From a virus, in the IMG/VR virus record IMGVR_UViG_3300020048_000039, positions 64,314 to 128,313 of that record: DNA of 64,000 nt. One strand, written 5' to 3'. Every line of letters starts with the position of its first letter. Position 1 is the first letter of the stretch. Shown here one piece after another: positions 35,301 to 44,190 of this stretch. A model generated the notes under the pieces. The model did no database searches. It was given only the letters and a program-made list of their open reading frames with translations, and was not told the DNA's origin. The position numbers and the translations under genes are program-made.

Positions 35301-36697
35301 AGAAATTCGTTGACGAATTATTACCTGCGACCATAATTTTAAGAAAGTCTGGGTTAATGGTTAGAAATAGTATTTTCACTAAACAAAAGTTCATGTACAG
35401 GCGTGGAGTTAATCTATATGCTAATGGTTCTACGACAATAGATAAAAGAGGTGATTCCATGTACATGTATATGGGTGATGATGGTAGCTTATTTAAAATT
35501 AAAGAACCAGATGAAATTATATTACATGTTGACACAGTACAGGGTTCATTAATTGGTACAAGTATTGATATTAGAACAGGTGGTATGAATATTCTTGGAA
35601 ATAATATTCTTACATCATATGGAATTATGTACAAAAAAAATACAGATACTACATGGAAGAGCATGTCAACAAATGGTTCATTAGGTGTTAATAATTTTAC
35701 AAAATCAATAAGTGGTACAACGTATGGCTCAACATATGAATATAAAGCATTCGTTGAATCCAATATTTATGGATATACTGGTGCTACATTAACTACTGTA
35801 ATACCTGCTGCTCCTGTTGTCCCACCAGTTCCAGTAATTCACACCATTTCTGGTACTTCTGGAACAAACACAATTAATAGTGGTGGTGAGAATATTGTTG
35901 GATATTCGGATGTTACTTATTATGGTATGCAATATAGAGAAGTGGGTGCGATAAGTTCAAATATTACTGTAAGTCCACTATTATTGAATTTTAGCGCAAT
36001 TACTGCAAGTAAAAACGTAATAGTAACTGGTGATACATGGAATACAACATCAGTTGTTAAAAATGCTGGTCTTACTTGGATTACTGCTGCTTCACCAATT
36101 CTCCCATCACCAACTGGTACAATTAGTGCAATTAGTGTAGCTGCAAATACTGGTGCTACAAGAACAGGTGTCGTATGCTATGTACCAAGTGTTGGTTCAA
36201 CTAAATATGTTACGGTCAATCAATCTGGTGCTACAACACCTGTTAAATCAGTATATACCACATGTATTTCATCACAAACACTTCCCTTATCAGCGTGTAC
36301 TTATGGTGATTTAAATCCATTATCAATACCAATTGGTCAAAGTTATTCTGTGTCATTAAATTGGTCGGCTACACATCCTAAAACTTTAGGAATACTACCT
36401 TCTTATCATAAAATATGTGTAACTTGTAATTCTGTAGTAGTATTTTCTTGTGAATTTAGTAGTAAATTAGCATGTAATTGTAGTGGTAGCGTTGGTAATT
36501 TTTTAATGTCAAATACTGACAATATTCAAATTATAACATGTGCCACAATAAATAATACTACGTATAGTGCACCATCAGCATCTGCTGTAAGTATTAATAG
36601 TGTAACAAGTAGTTATGGTTATACAAAGGGTGTTTATCCCTATAATACATCAATATCTGCTGCAACTGAATATACTCCAGTAGGTCTACCAGTATAA
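32333..36697 (+). CDS. large baseplate/tail protein (gp7/P2 gpI-like wedge segment, Ig-like C-terminal repeats)
   Basis: IPDQLIKNLSRTFGW...LWRRILINSNYFWKTKGTREAI; repeated VRFNGILL/VTINGISL/VLVDGIAL units; Thr/Ser/Cys-rich tail. Start moved to GTG 32333, after the terminator and motif. Confidence 0.65.
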   Translation: MAKVKVVNNNLDQNLNGDYFNNIPSQTIFSFGGFSVTSNFDGRTPIDYTNTLSSFVRAVTLDTMGVDDTQSQILHEYATNVVLNLDKSDLNTFIRFGSAYEYLRVAIETIVTNYPYSLFLNSQVDRAGNATYTNYSYSVVTDTCTFDVPISCINGSFDLVYNAGNVGLPSNKPLKNLNLSYDKYIIWTASNPSNNSSAIIGYTGNSSGRPYLTIKAKGNPFSVGVTGSTAHLDFHIKPNNFIFEEFRALLNDYEKYILSTRVTGSSAGFQFSLNEPTLLDDGNIVYSNTVLSWTTSDKYNIDISNSSYKNFLEILLTIGDKYDRIKTDLIARFLTPVSLKAYDLTEEGKMTKLLRIYGAEFDQIREFIDSLTYINKVTYDKINNIPDQLIKNLSRTFGWNYFSLVNEDELVESFLTIDENERDLNQDLLPAEIDIELWRRILINSNYFWKTKGTREAIKSMFLLIGIPEPFINITEYVYTVEGKINPNTVPLIQSEFPNNSLPYDNSGYPVAPIESPTFFFQMSGDTDSGQAYMNNFRTAGFNLDRTIDNKKSWSQSGATYRIDDTTPQYYQEDSKLVLNTKEVDIALDTARGIEYDVYNYILTDFAANSSGYTMPYSYVNISLGYNGTENTFPLPDAYTSDKVRGDLEVRFNGILLNAPKSGLTTGYTTNADYIIDEVSKTFTLTGQTGAMYAQNNARRRDVIQATFVYSGGTHSLSGITVEYIVTRVNANVSGTAIPLPTMPRGDVQVTINGISLTKGTPQFVADYIVDPYNTTGSSQIIIQNQEVISYLRTNPVVQIAYVDVVGSNDISARSEVVRVDSFNSGKIYFNQGANKYVYKMNYKANNASDIKVLVDGIALEPNTDYSINVQNLYEIFLPKGIRYGSIITVYYLVGDSALFHPVVNDVFGVGDISKLSFLEFMELIQRKMINARNRKTISDFKGGWYPSLERIYLEYMRRSLLANNDPLQSNGYTFANLYPFLSKYNAFFQKFVDELLPATIILRKSGLMVRNSIFTKQKFMYRRGVNLYANGSTTIDKRGDSMYMYMGDDGSLFKIKEPDEIILHVDTVQGSLIGTSIDIRTGGMNILGNNILTSYGIMYKKNTDTTWKSMSTNGSLGVNNFTKSISGTTYGSTYEYKAFVESNIYGYTGATLTTVIPAAPVVPPVPVIHTISGTSGTNTINSGGENIVGYSDVTYYGMQYREVGAISSNITVSPLLLNFSAITASKNVIVTGDTWNTTSVVKNAGLTWITAASPILPSPTGTISAISVAANTGATRTGVVCYVPSVGSTKYVTVNQSGATTPVKSVYTTCISSQTLPLSACTYGDLNPLSIPIGQSYSVSLNWSATHPKTLGILPSYHKICVTCNSVVVFSCEFSSKLACNCSGSVGNFLMSNTDNIQIITCATINNTTYSAPSASAVSINSVTSSYGYTKGVYPYNTSISAATEYTPVGLPV

Positions 36698-36729
36698 AAA
36701 AAATAACAATAAAACTTAAATAAATAAAA

Positions 36730-37680
36730 ATGCCATATATTCCACCACCACCAACACCAGAAACTCCTTGGACAACAACTCCTTTAAAATCAGGAGCGAT
36801 TCCAAGTAATTCATATACTTGTGTAATTGGTAGCCTATCTGCTAATACATTATATGAATATCGTGCAATCATGTCTATTGGTAGCAGTACTTATTATGGC
36901 GAAACATATCAAATTACGACATTACCAGAAGTAAGTACATTACCTAAAGTTAAAACTGGTAATGCTGGTGGTATTACTGCAATCGCAATGCAAATAACTG
37001 GTAATAGTGTGACAGGTGGTACGGAAATTGTCGAATATGGCTTTTTATATACTTCTAATTCATCTTATGCTACAGAAACCACATTAATATATGAAAACTA
37101 CCCCAATGTTAACAAAAAATGGATATCTGGAAGTATTGGTTTAAATGTTCCGTATTTCACAGTTGGAACAAATATCATAATTCATCTTCTTCCAGATTCC
37201 ACAGTATATTATCGTGCATTTGCGAAAAATGCCAGTGGGGGGATTGGATATGGTGTAATTAAGACGGCAGACACTTTACCAAGCACTCCACCAACCACCA
37301 CACTTAGGATTAGTAGCACTCTTCCTGAAACGTATGGGGATGGAATTATTAATATTACAGGTGGAATATCAGGCGAAATTATCGATTTACAAATAGTTAT
37401 AACAGAAGATGATGGTATTCAATATCAAAGTCTTTCATTTACTGGAGCAATTGGTGATGGAACAGGAATTGTTTTAGATAATAATTTAATAACTCCACGT
37501 ATGTCAGTTAATGGACATTCTACATTAGATGGCTCTGGTGAGGCTACATCAATATTCGAGTTTAATCCATATAATACAACTGCTTATGCTGATGTTACAA
37601 TTAGTGGTAGAAATAGTGGTCTGCCCCTGCCAACAGGTTTTGATAAAACAACCAGAATCATACCAATTGCAAATGTATAA
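36730..37680 (+). CDS. putative virion protein with FN3/Ig-like repeats
   Basis: LSANTLYEYRA...YYGET and LLPDSTVYYRAFAKN...YG FN3-like motifs. Confidence 0.55.
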   Translation: MPYIPPPPTPETPWTTTPLKSGAIPSNSYTCVIGSLSANTLYEYRAIMSIGSSTYYGETYQITTLPEVSTLPKVKTGNAGGITAIAMQITGNSVTGGTEIVEYGFLYTSNSSYATETTLIYENYPNVNKKWISGSIGLNVPYFTVGTNIIIHLLPDSTVYYRAFAKNASGGIGYGVIKTADTLPSTPPTTTLRISSTLPETYGDGIINITGGISGEIIDLQIVITEDDGIQYQSLSFTGAIGDGTGIVLDNNLITPRMSVNGHSTLDGSGEATSIFEFNPYNTTAYADVTISGRNSGLPLPTGFDKTTRIIPIANV

Positions 37681-37699
37681 TTTAATTATAAAATAAGTC

Positions 37700-37708
37700 G
37701 TATTTATA
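37700..37708 (+). promoter_or_regulatory. GTATTTAT motif
   Basis: Intergenic, before ATG 37727. Confidence 0.6.
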
Positions 37709-37726
37709 TCAAAAGCATAATTAACA

Positions 37727-39514
37727 ATGGCATTTATAGAAAAAGAAGACCCAGTAGTACTAAACATTATGTTGACATCAAAAGGTAGAGAACAACTATC
37801 TGCTGGTGCTTTAACATTCTCATATTTTGTTGTTGGTGATAGTGAAATCGACTATAATTTCATTAGAGAAATTAGTGGTCAAACAGACCCAACATATAAA
37901 CCATTTGATTCGAGTATCATAAGACCGAAAGATAAAAATCCACAGATTATATCATTCATACCAAGAAACATTACTGGCACTACTGGTAGTACAACAGGTA
38001 ATTCTTTCAATGTATTATCCACAATATCACCAATATCTTATGAAGTGGTAAATACTGCAAGTCCTGTTGGATTTTTCACAGATGGTGGTACAACATTTAT
38101 TACTGATAGCAATCACGTTAAGCAACCAGATGCAATGGTACATATGAGTGGTGTTACGGGTGGAACAATTTTAAAACTAAGGCAAGCACCAGCATATGGT
38201 GTAAGTGCATTAGAACCATTGGTTGGAGATTATGTTTTAGTTAAATGGGCACTTGTTTCGCACACGACAGGATATACTGTAACGAAAGATGTCCCAACCC
38301 CATACTTAATGTATCAAATCACAAGTATAAGTGGTAGTTTAGCAGCAAATACGTTAAGCGTTGGTGTTGATAGAGAGCTACCCAACTTCTTGGGATATAC
38401 TCCAATAGTTAATGCAGGTGCGTTAATCTATAGCAGTGGTATTACAACATCAAATCAATTTGGAACTGACTATCTTAGTGAAAGTACATTAAATTTCTTA
38501 CAGAATTATCAGTGTGGTATTGATAATTTTCCGTTCTGGAAAATGTCGATTGTTTTCACGGAAGAAATTGCTGGTATTCAAATTGATGATAGAAAATTTG
38601 GACAATTTAATAGTAGAGCATATGGTGGATTTGTTTCATACATTCAAAATCAAGCACCGCTTTACAAGAAATTAGGAATCATACATTATACAAATAATTC
38701 ACCTGCTAATACATATGGTGAAGAGTTCTACAATAATACCCCAACATTAGATATCCCAACAATAATGTGGCATAAATCAAGTGGTGCTACTTTAGGAACA
38801 AAATTGAAGGCATTTGGAAATAAGAAATTATTAACAGGGTCAACAAAATCCCTTAATATTGATTATTATGATTTGGCAGATGCATTGGGTAATGTCGTTG
38901 GTAAAGTATTCAATGGGTTGAAAATATTTGTTATAGAAGACCAAGAACTATTATTTGCTATGTCGTATAAATCCAATAGGTCTTGGACATTACCAAATTA
39001 TATTGTTGGTGGTGGCAGTAGCCTTTGTCCGTCATGTCCTATTTACAGCACACTTTATTTTGGGTCTGTTGACTCGTTCTATAATGCATTATTGACACTT
39101 GAAAATGGAAATGGTCAAGTACAAACTGTGAGATTTGCATATACATTAAATGCATATGTGGAAGATGCATATATTGATGGTGGTATTAATTCTTCAATAA
39201 CAGAATTGAAGTATTCTATTGATGGTGGCAATATTTGGGTAAGTGTTTATACTCTAACTGCAAGTGTTGCTGATGGTGAACAATATGGACATGCGGAAGA
39301 CAGTCAAACATACAGTGGAACATTCACCATTCCAAACATTTATGATATGTCACAAGTTAGAATCAAACTTACTTATGAAAATTATATTGATGGATTTATA
39401 ACTAAAACTGGTAGTGGATTTGTTATAATTGACAGTGTTACGGTTGATAATGGTAATTGTACCATTGCTTGTGACAATAAATTTGATGGAGAGAATTTAA
39501 GTTGTACAATTTAA
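37727..39514 (+). CDS. putative tail/baseplate structural protein
   Basis: LNIMLTSKGREQLSAG...YFVVGDSEIDY N-terminus; structural-gene context. Confidence 0.55.
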   Translation: MAFIEKEDPVVLNIMLTSKGREQLSAGALTFSYFVVGDSEIDYNFIREISGQTDPTYKPFDSSIIRPKDKNPQIISFIPRNITGTTGSTTGNSFNVLSTISPISYEVVNTASPVGFFTDGGTTFITDSNHVKQPDAMVHMSGVTGGTILKLRQAPAYGVSALEPLVGDYVLVKWALVSHTTGYTVTKDVPTPYLMYQITSISGSLAANTLSVGVDRELPNFLGYTPIVNAGALIYSSGITTSNQFGTDYLSESTLNFLQNYQCGIDNFPFWKMSIVFTEEIAGIQIDDRKFGQFNSRAYGGFVSYIQNQAPLYKKLGIIHYTNNSPANTYGEEFYNNTPTLDIPTIMWHKSSGATLGTKLKAFGNKKLLTGSTKSLNIDYYDLADALGNVVGKVFNGLKIFVIEDQELLFAMSYKSNRSWTLPNYIVGGGSSLCPSCPIYSTLYFGSVDSFYNALLTLENGNGQVQTVRFAYTLNAYVEDAYIDGGINSSITELKYSIDGGNIWVSVYTLTASVADGEQYGHAEDSQTYSGTFTIPNIYDMSQVRIKLTYENYIDGFITKTGSGFVIIDSVTVDNGNCTIACDNKFDGENLSCTI

Positions 39515-39521
39515 ATAATTA

Positions 39522-39530
39522 GTATTTATA
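39522..39530 (+). promoter_or_regulatory. GTATTTAT motif
   Basis: Intergenic, before ATG 39545. Confidence 0.6.
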
Positions 39531-39544
39531 CAAAACAATAAATA

Positions 39545-40309
39545 ATGGCAGCACTTAGTGGACACACAGTCTTCACATCATACATATTAGTACCAACTGG
39601 AAGTTCTCTTGGTTATGGTTATAGTAAATCAATACATTGTAACTACATTAAATCCATTTCATTTAACGTAAATCCGTATCAGCAAGAAATTATCATGAAT
39701 TTTGCGAGTATGAGTGATTGGAAATTTCTTAGCGACAATATTAATAATGGAACTGGATATACTGTAAATAGAATATATGCACTTGTTCAGGTTGTATCTA
39801 ATAGTGGCTTTACCGAGATGTCAGACATTAGACCAACTGCAAGTCAATGGAGAATATATGAATTAACCAACCAAATACTAACACACGGTATTGGAACTCC
39901 GCTTACTGCTGATTTTATTACAGGTCAAGCATTTAAAATCTCGTTAAAGGATTATTTTAATACAGATGTTTTCCCAATATACAAACTAAGTGATTATATT
40001 AAATACCCAACAAAACAGCCAAATGCCGATAATGAATTATGTTTCGGTGATGAAACATTCTTCTTGGGTAATGTATCAACTAACATTAAAGCAATTGCAT
40101 ATACACTTGATGTTCCAATCATATTAAATTTAAATGAATTTAATTCAAGCACAAATGCAACATGGAATAAAGAGCTTGATAAGGTTGTAATAACTGAGAT
40201 TGGCATCTATGATACCCAAAAGAATTTAGTTGCCATTGGCAAGCTCAATAACCCCATCCAGAAGGATAACTCTATTGCCAGAACCATTGTATTCGATGTG
40301 GACTTCTAA
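39545..40309 (+). CDS. putative tail collar/fibre-attachment structural protein
   Basis: C-terminal ITEIGIYD....LVAIGKL..PI.K motif typical of tail-collar-type domains. Confidence 0.55.
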   Translation: MAALSGHTVFTSYILVPTGSSLGYGYSKSIHCNYIKSISFNVNPYQQEIIMNFASMSDWKFLSDNINNGTGYTVNRIYALVQVVSNSGFTEMSDIRPTASQWRIYELTNQILTHGIGTPLTADFITGQAFKISLKDYFNTDVFPIYKLSDYIKYPTKQPNADNELCFGDETFFLGNVSTNIKAIAYTLDVPIILNLNEFNSSTNATWNKELDKVVITEIGIYDTQKNLVAIGKLNNPIQKDNSIARTIVFDVDF

Positions 40310-40389
40310 TTCCTATAAAATATTATAAGAATTTATAGTTTTTTATAAACTTCTGCGTATTTATTATAAATTACGATAATTTATAATAT

Positions 40390-40623
40390 ATGAAAGATAT
40401 ACAAGTACTTAACGAAACAAAACCAAAGTCTGTTATAATCGATGGCGATTTACACAACAGCTTCAAAATGCTATGCAAAGGCAAGAGCATGAAAATTGGT
40501 GGGGTAATTGAAGACCTGATTAGGTTATACCTTCACAACCCCAAAAGAATACAAATATTAATTGAAGAATCAAAAGATGCACCATTTATTGCTGCTGATG
40601 GAACGAAATACAATACAAAATAA
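40390..40623 (+). CDS. small ribbon-helix-helix-like DNA-binding protein
   Basis: KSVIIDGDLHNSFKMLCKGKSMKIGGVIEDLIRLYL; GTATTTAT at 40357. Confidence 0.6.
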   Translation: MKDIQVLNETKPKSVIIDGDLHNSFKMLCKGKSMKIGGVIEDLIRLYLHNPKRIQILIEESKDAPFIAADGTKYNTK

Positions 40624-40630
40624 TAATTCT

Positions 40631-41245
40631 ATGGAAAAGTACATCTGGTCATTAGATATCAGCACAACGAATATTGGTAGTGCATTATGGGATTCACAGG
40701 GAAAACTGATTGAACTTAAACACCTTAAATTAAAACTTGGTAAAGACGTGCCAATTGAAGACCGTGAATTACATAAAGCCGAAATATTCAGGAAATACGT
40801 TATGGAATTTAAATCACGCATTTTACATGAACTAAATGGTGAGCTTATTCAGATTATTGTTGAAGAACCACTTGGTGGAAGCAATAATCCAAGTACTGCT
40901 TCAATGTTGTTTGGTTTCAATGGAATTTGCAGATACATACTATACAGAATATTCAATATTCACCCAATAAAAATTTCAGTTCATGAGTCCAGAAAGCTAT
41001 TTTGCAGCGAATTAGTGCGTACTTCTTACAACAAAAAAGGAGAGAAATCTGAAACACTCTCATTTCCAGTTGAATACAGAGATAAAAAGAAGTTGTATAT
41101 CTGGGAAAAAGTTTGTAAATTAGAGCCACAAATTACATGGTTCTATAAGAAGGATTCTACCGAGCCAAAAGACATGTGTTTTGACATGTCAGACAGCTAT
41201 GCTGTAGGGTATGCAGGACTAAAAACATTAAAAATCATCAAATAA
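40631..41245 (+). CDS. RuvC-like Holliday junction resolvase
   Basis: WSLDISTTNIG, IIVEEPL, DMSDSYAVG acidic tetrad; ATG 40631 preferred over 40562. Confidence 0.78.
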   Translation: MEKYIWSLDISTTNIGSALWDSQGKLIELKHLKLKLGKDVPIEDRELHKAEIFRKYVMEFKSRILHELNGELIQIIVEEPLGGSNNPSTASMLFGFNGICRYILYRIFNIHPIKISVHESRKLFCSELVRTSYNKKGEKSETLSFPVEYRDKKKLYIWEKVCKLEPQITWFYKKDSTEPKDMCFDMSDSYAVGYAGLKTLKIIK

Positions 41246-41586
41246 TGGAAAAAGAAAAAATTGCTATCGAAGAATTTATTGCAGATGCTGAAAAGTATTG
41301 TAAATATTTTAAAGAACTAAAGGAAGAAAGGGGTATTGATATTGCTGTCATAGACTTATGTGAGGGCAATCTTAAGGCTGGTAAAAAATTTCCATACATA
41401 ATTGTAGAAGGTCAGGAAGAAACTGACAGACATAAATATGATGGGGAATATCCACCAATATTGTATGTTGTTAAAAGAAAGTCAGATGAAAAATATTTTG
41501 GAATTGATACATATTGTATGAAAATTCAAGATAAATGGTTAACAGAACTGCATACTGTACTTGTATATGAAAAAAAGTGGCAATAA
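41245..41586 (+). CDS. hypothetical protein
   Basis: 113-aa ORF, translationally coupled. Confidence 0.65.
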   Translation: MEKEKIAIEEFIADAEKYCKYFKELKEERGIDIAVIDLCEGNLKAGKKFPYIIVEGQEETDRHKYDGEYPPILYVVKRKSDEKYFGIDTYCMKIQDKWLTELHTVLVYEKKWQ

Positions 41587-41895
41587 ATGACCAGTATTTA
41601 TTTAATTCAGTCGTTAGAGAACAGTTATTATAAGATAGGTGTATCAATGCATCCACAAGTACGTCTTAAGCAGCACCAAACTGGAAATCCGTCACCAGTT
41701 AAGTTGATTGAAATATATCGTTCTGATTTAGCGTATAGAATAGAGAAAGTTTTACATAGGAGATATGCTTATTTAAAAAAAGAAGGTGAATGGTTTGATT
41801 TGTCCATTGCTATTGAAGTTTCATTCATTGACGAATGTAAAAAAATTGAAGAAAATTTAATTTTCATCGAAAAAAATGGCAATGTATTTATATAA
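41587..41895 (+). CDS. GIY-YIG superfamily (T5orf172-like) protein
   Basis: IYLIQ...YYKIGVS..P..RL...QTGNP...E..LH..Y....GEWF. Confidence 0.85.
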   Translation: MTSIYLIQSLENSYYKIGVSMHPQVRLKQHQTGNPSPVKLIEIYRSDLAYRIEKVLHRRYAYLKKEGEWFDLSIAIEVSFIDECKKIEENLIFIEKNGNVFI

Positions 41896-41899
41896 ACCC

Positions 41900-41930
41900 T
41901 TGTATCTTTGGGTTTTTCGTTGTAGTTTTG
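41900..41930 (+). promoter_or_regulatory. Bacteroidota sigma-A-type promoter
   Basis: TTG at 41900-41902, 20-nt spacer, TAGTTTTG at 41923-41930. Confidence 0.55.
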
Positions 41931-41968
41931 ACGAAAATTTATAAATAATTTTATTTAATCCGTAAAAC

Positions 41969-43414
41969 ATGAAGAAAGAAAGAATTGAACAAGCAGTGGC
42001 TGTCATCAACTATGCTATAAATAATAATGTTAGCGTAAAAGAAGCATCTGTAAAGATGGGATATGCTGACACCTATGTGAAAAACATTAAAGCAGTAGTT
42101 TATGATGAATATAATGCTGGTACATTAGATGACGAATTGTTCACATTATTTGACACTGCATATCAAGAATACCGAGGAAAAGGTAATAAAACAGACGAAC
42201 CAATTCCACAACCAAAAACAAGTTCTGGTGAGCAAACAATTTTCAGCCAAGATGGAAATGTCGCCAGTATAGAATGGAAATCAGGCTCAAATTATCCTGC
42301 TGACCACATCAAAACATTAGACCAGTTGCTTAAAGCAACACAAGTCGATAAATCCCTCTGGAGAGTAAAAGATTACACAGTAAACAAATGGGATGTAACC
42401 GCAGTTATCGATAAAGAACCACGAACATTTCAAAACTTTCAAGTAAAAGCTCGTTTGGAGAAAGACATCCAAACATCGCATGAACGTATGATTGGTGATA
42501 TTTTTAAAGAAATGACCGCCAACTATAAAGCACCTATCTTTAAGATTGCCGACCATCAAAGAAGTGTATTTGACCCATCAAAAGAAAATAATCTTTTCGA
42601 AGTTACATTATTCGACTTACACATCGGTAAATTGGCTTGGGGTGGTGAAACTGGCGAGAACTACGATACTAAAATAGCTCGTCAGAGATTCTTAACTACA
42701 GTCGAAAAACTCATTGAGAGAGCATCAGGATTCAATTACAATAAAATTCTATTCCCTGTCGGTAATGACTTCTTTAATTCTGATACGATATTAAACACTA
42801 CAACTGCTGGCACACCACAGGATGAAGACCTTAGATGGCAGAAAACCTTTAAAGTGGGTTGTGAACTACTTGTAGATGCAATTAATACTTTAAAACAGAC
42901 AGGTGCACCTGTGGATGTCTTGGTAATACCCGGTAATCACGATTTTGAACGTAGTTATTATCTTGGAGAATTTCTCTCAGCATGGTTTCGTAATGACACA
43001 GCAGTAAACATTAATAACAGTGCTTCACCACGTAAATACTACCGCTTTGGTAACACCCTTTTAGGATTTACTCACGGTAGTGAAGAAAAGGAAGCAGCAT
43101 TACCTATGCTTATGACAATTGACATCGAGTCAAAACCAATGTGGAGTGATACTATGTTCCATGAATGGCATCTTGGTCATATTCACAGAAAACGTGATAA
43201 GAAATACACAATTCAGGATGTACAAAGGACTGTTAACGAAGACCTTGGAGTTACCGTTAGATATCTCTCAAGTCTCACAGGCACAGAAGAATGGCATCAT
43301 AAAAAAGGTTTTGTTGGAGCAACAAAAGCAGGGGAAGCATTCATTTGGAATGATAAATATGGTCTCATTGCTCATTTAAACGCAAATTTAATAATAGAGA
43401 AATATGAAGAATAG
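41969..43414 (+). CDS. calcineurin-like metallophosphoesterase with N-terminal helical domain
   Basis: FDLHIG, VGNDFF, IPGNHD, GFTHG, HLGHIH. Confidence 0.82.
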   Translation: MKKERIEQAVAVINYAINNNVSVKEASVKMGYADTYVKNIKAVVYDEYNAGTLDDELFTLFDTAYQEYRGKGNKTDEPIPQPKTSSGEQTIFSQDGNVASIEWKSGSNYPADHIKTLDQLLKATQVDKSLWRVKDYTVNKWDVTAVIDKEPRTFQNFQVKARLEKDIQTSHERMIGDIFKEMTANYKAPIFKIADHQRSVFDPSKENNLFEVTLFDLHIGKLAWGGETGENYDTKIARQRFLTTVEKLIERASGFNYNKILFPVGNDFFNSDTILNTTTAGTPQDEDLRWQKTFKVGCELLVDAINTLKQTGAPVDVLVIPGNHDFERSYYLGEFLSAWFRNDTAVNINNSASPRKYYRFGNTLLGFTHGSEEKEAALPMLMTIDIESKPMWSDTMFHEWHLGHIHRKRDKKYTIQDVQRTVNEDLGVTVRYLSSLTGTEEWHHKKGFVGATKAGEAFIWNDKYGLIAHLNANLIIEKYEE

Positions 43415-43973
43415 TTTAATTAGTTTAGCAAAAGGTAAAGGTAAAGCTTTACCTGCAAAAGTAGGTCTGCCATTAAATTCTGCTGACAAAAAAGCAATGG
43501 TGAAAAAGCCAGTGCCAAAAGTGGTTGAGAAGCCTAAGACCAAAGAAGAAGAACGTGACGAAAAAGCAAAAGAAACAGTTGAAAAATTGCTTCAAGGTGT
43601 TGAGTTCACATCAATTAAACCTGTGGTAGAAATCGAAGAACCCATAAAAGCCGTACAAGGAGAAGGAGTGGAATGGCTTGAAGAACAAGTTACTTCATTA
43701 ACTGAGCAATGTGATTTACTTAAAGCCGAAGCAAACGAAGCAAAAGAGAACTATGCAAGACTTTTTCAGGATTATCAGAAAAAGGGTAGTAGTTCCGATG
43801 GTTTAGGTGAAGAAACAGCAAAACAGAATGTTTTATTTTTGTTTAAGCAACTACAAGCAAACATGTTTGGGCAAAACCCACAACACGAAGTATACGAATT
43901 TATCTACATTAAGCCATTATTAGTACAGCTTATGCAGCTATTTCCATTTACCGAAGAGTATCGTCAGTTTTAA
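43404..43973 (+). CDS. hypothetical coiled-coil protein
   Basis: 189-aa ORF. Confidence 0.7.
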   Translation: MKNSLISLAKGKGKALPAKVGLPLNSADKKAMVKKPVPKVVEKPKTKEEERDEKAKETVEKLLQGVEFTSIKPVVEIEEPIKAVQGEGVEWLEEQVTSLTEQCDLLKAEANEAKENYARLFQDYQKKGSSSDGLGEETAKQNVLFLFKQLQANMFGQNPQHEVYEFIYIKPLLVQLMQLFPFTEEYRQF

Positions 43974-43990
43974 TTTTTGAATTTATTTTT

Positions 43991-44028
43991 AAATTGCTTC
44001 AAAACTTATTGTTTTGAAGCAATTTTTT
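43991..44028 (+). terminator. intrinsic terminator
   Basis: Perfect 15-bp stem aaattgcttcaaaac / gttttgaagcaattt. Confidence 0.85.
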
Positions 44029-44043
44029 ATATACATTTGTGGC

Positions 44044-44181
44044 ATGGTAAAAAAACGTAAATGGACGTATGTAAAATGTAAGGAAAAAGCATCCTTATAT
44101 TCAAGTAGATTCGAGTTTCAAAAACTTGATAATGGTGCATATGCTGCTGCGTTTAGAAACAATTGGAAAAGTGAAATATAA
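44044..44181 (+). CDS. 45-aa mini-ORF equal to one DNA-binding repeat of the GIY-YIG endonuclease at 51827 (relic or mini-protein)
   Basis: MVKKRKWTYVKCKEKASLYSSRFEFQKLDNGAYAAAFRNNWKSEI; not in the ORF track. TACATTTG at 44032-44039 lies only 4 nt before the ATG. Confidence 0.5.
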   Translation: MVKKRKWTYVKCKEKASLYSSRFEFQKLDNGAYAAAFRNNWKSEI

Positions 44182-44190
44182 ATTTAAACC

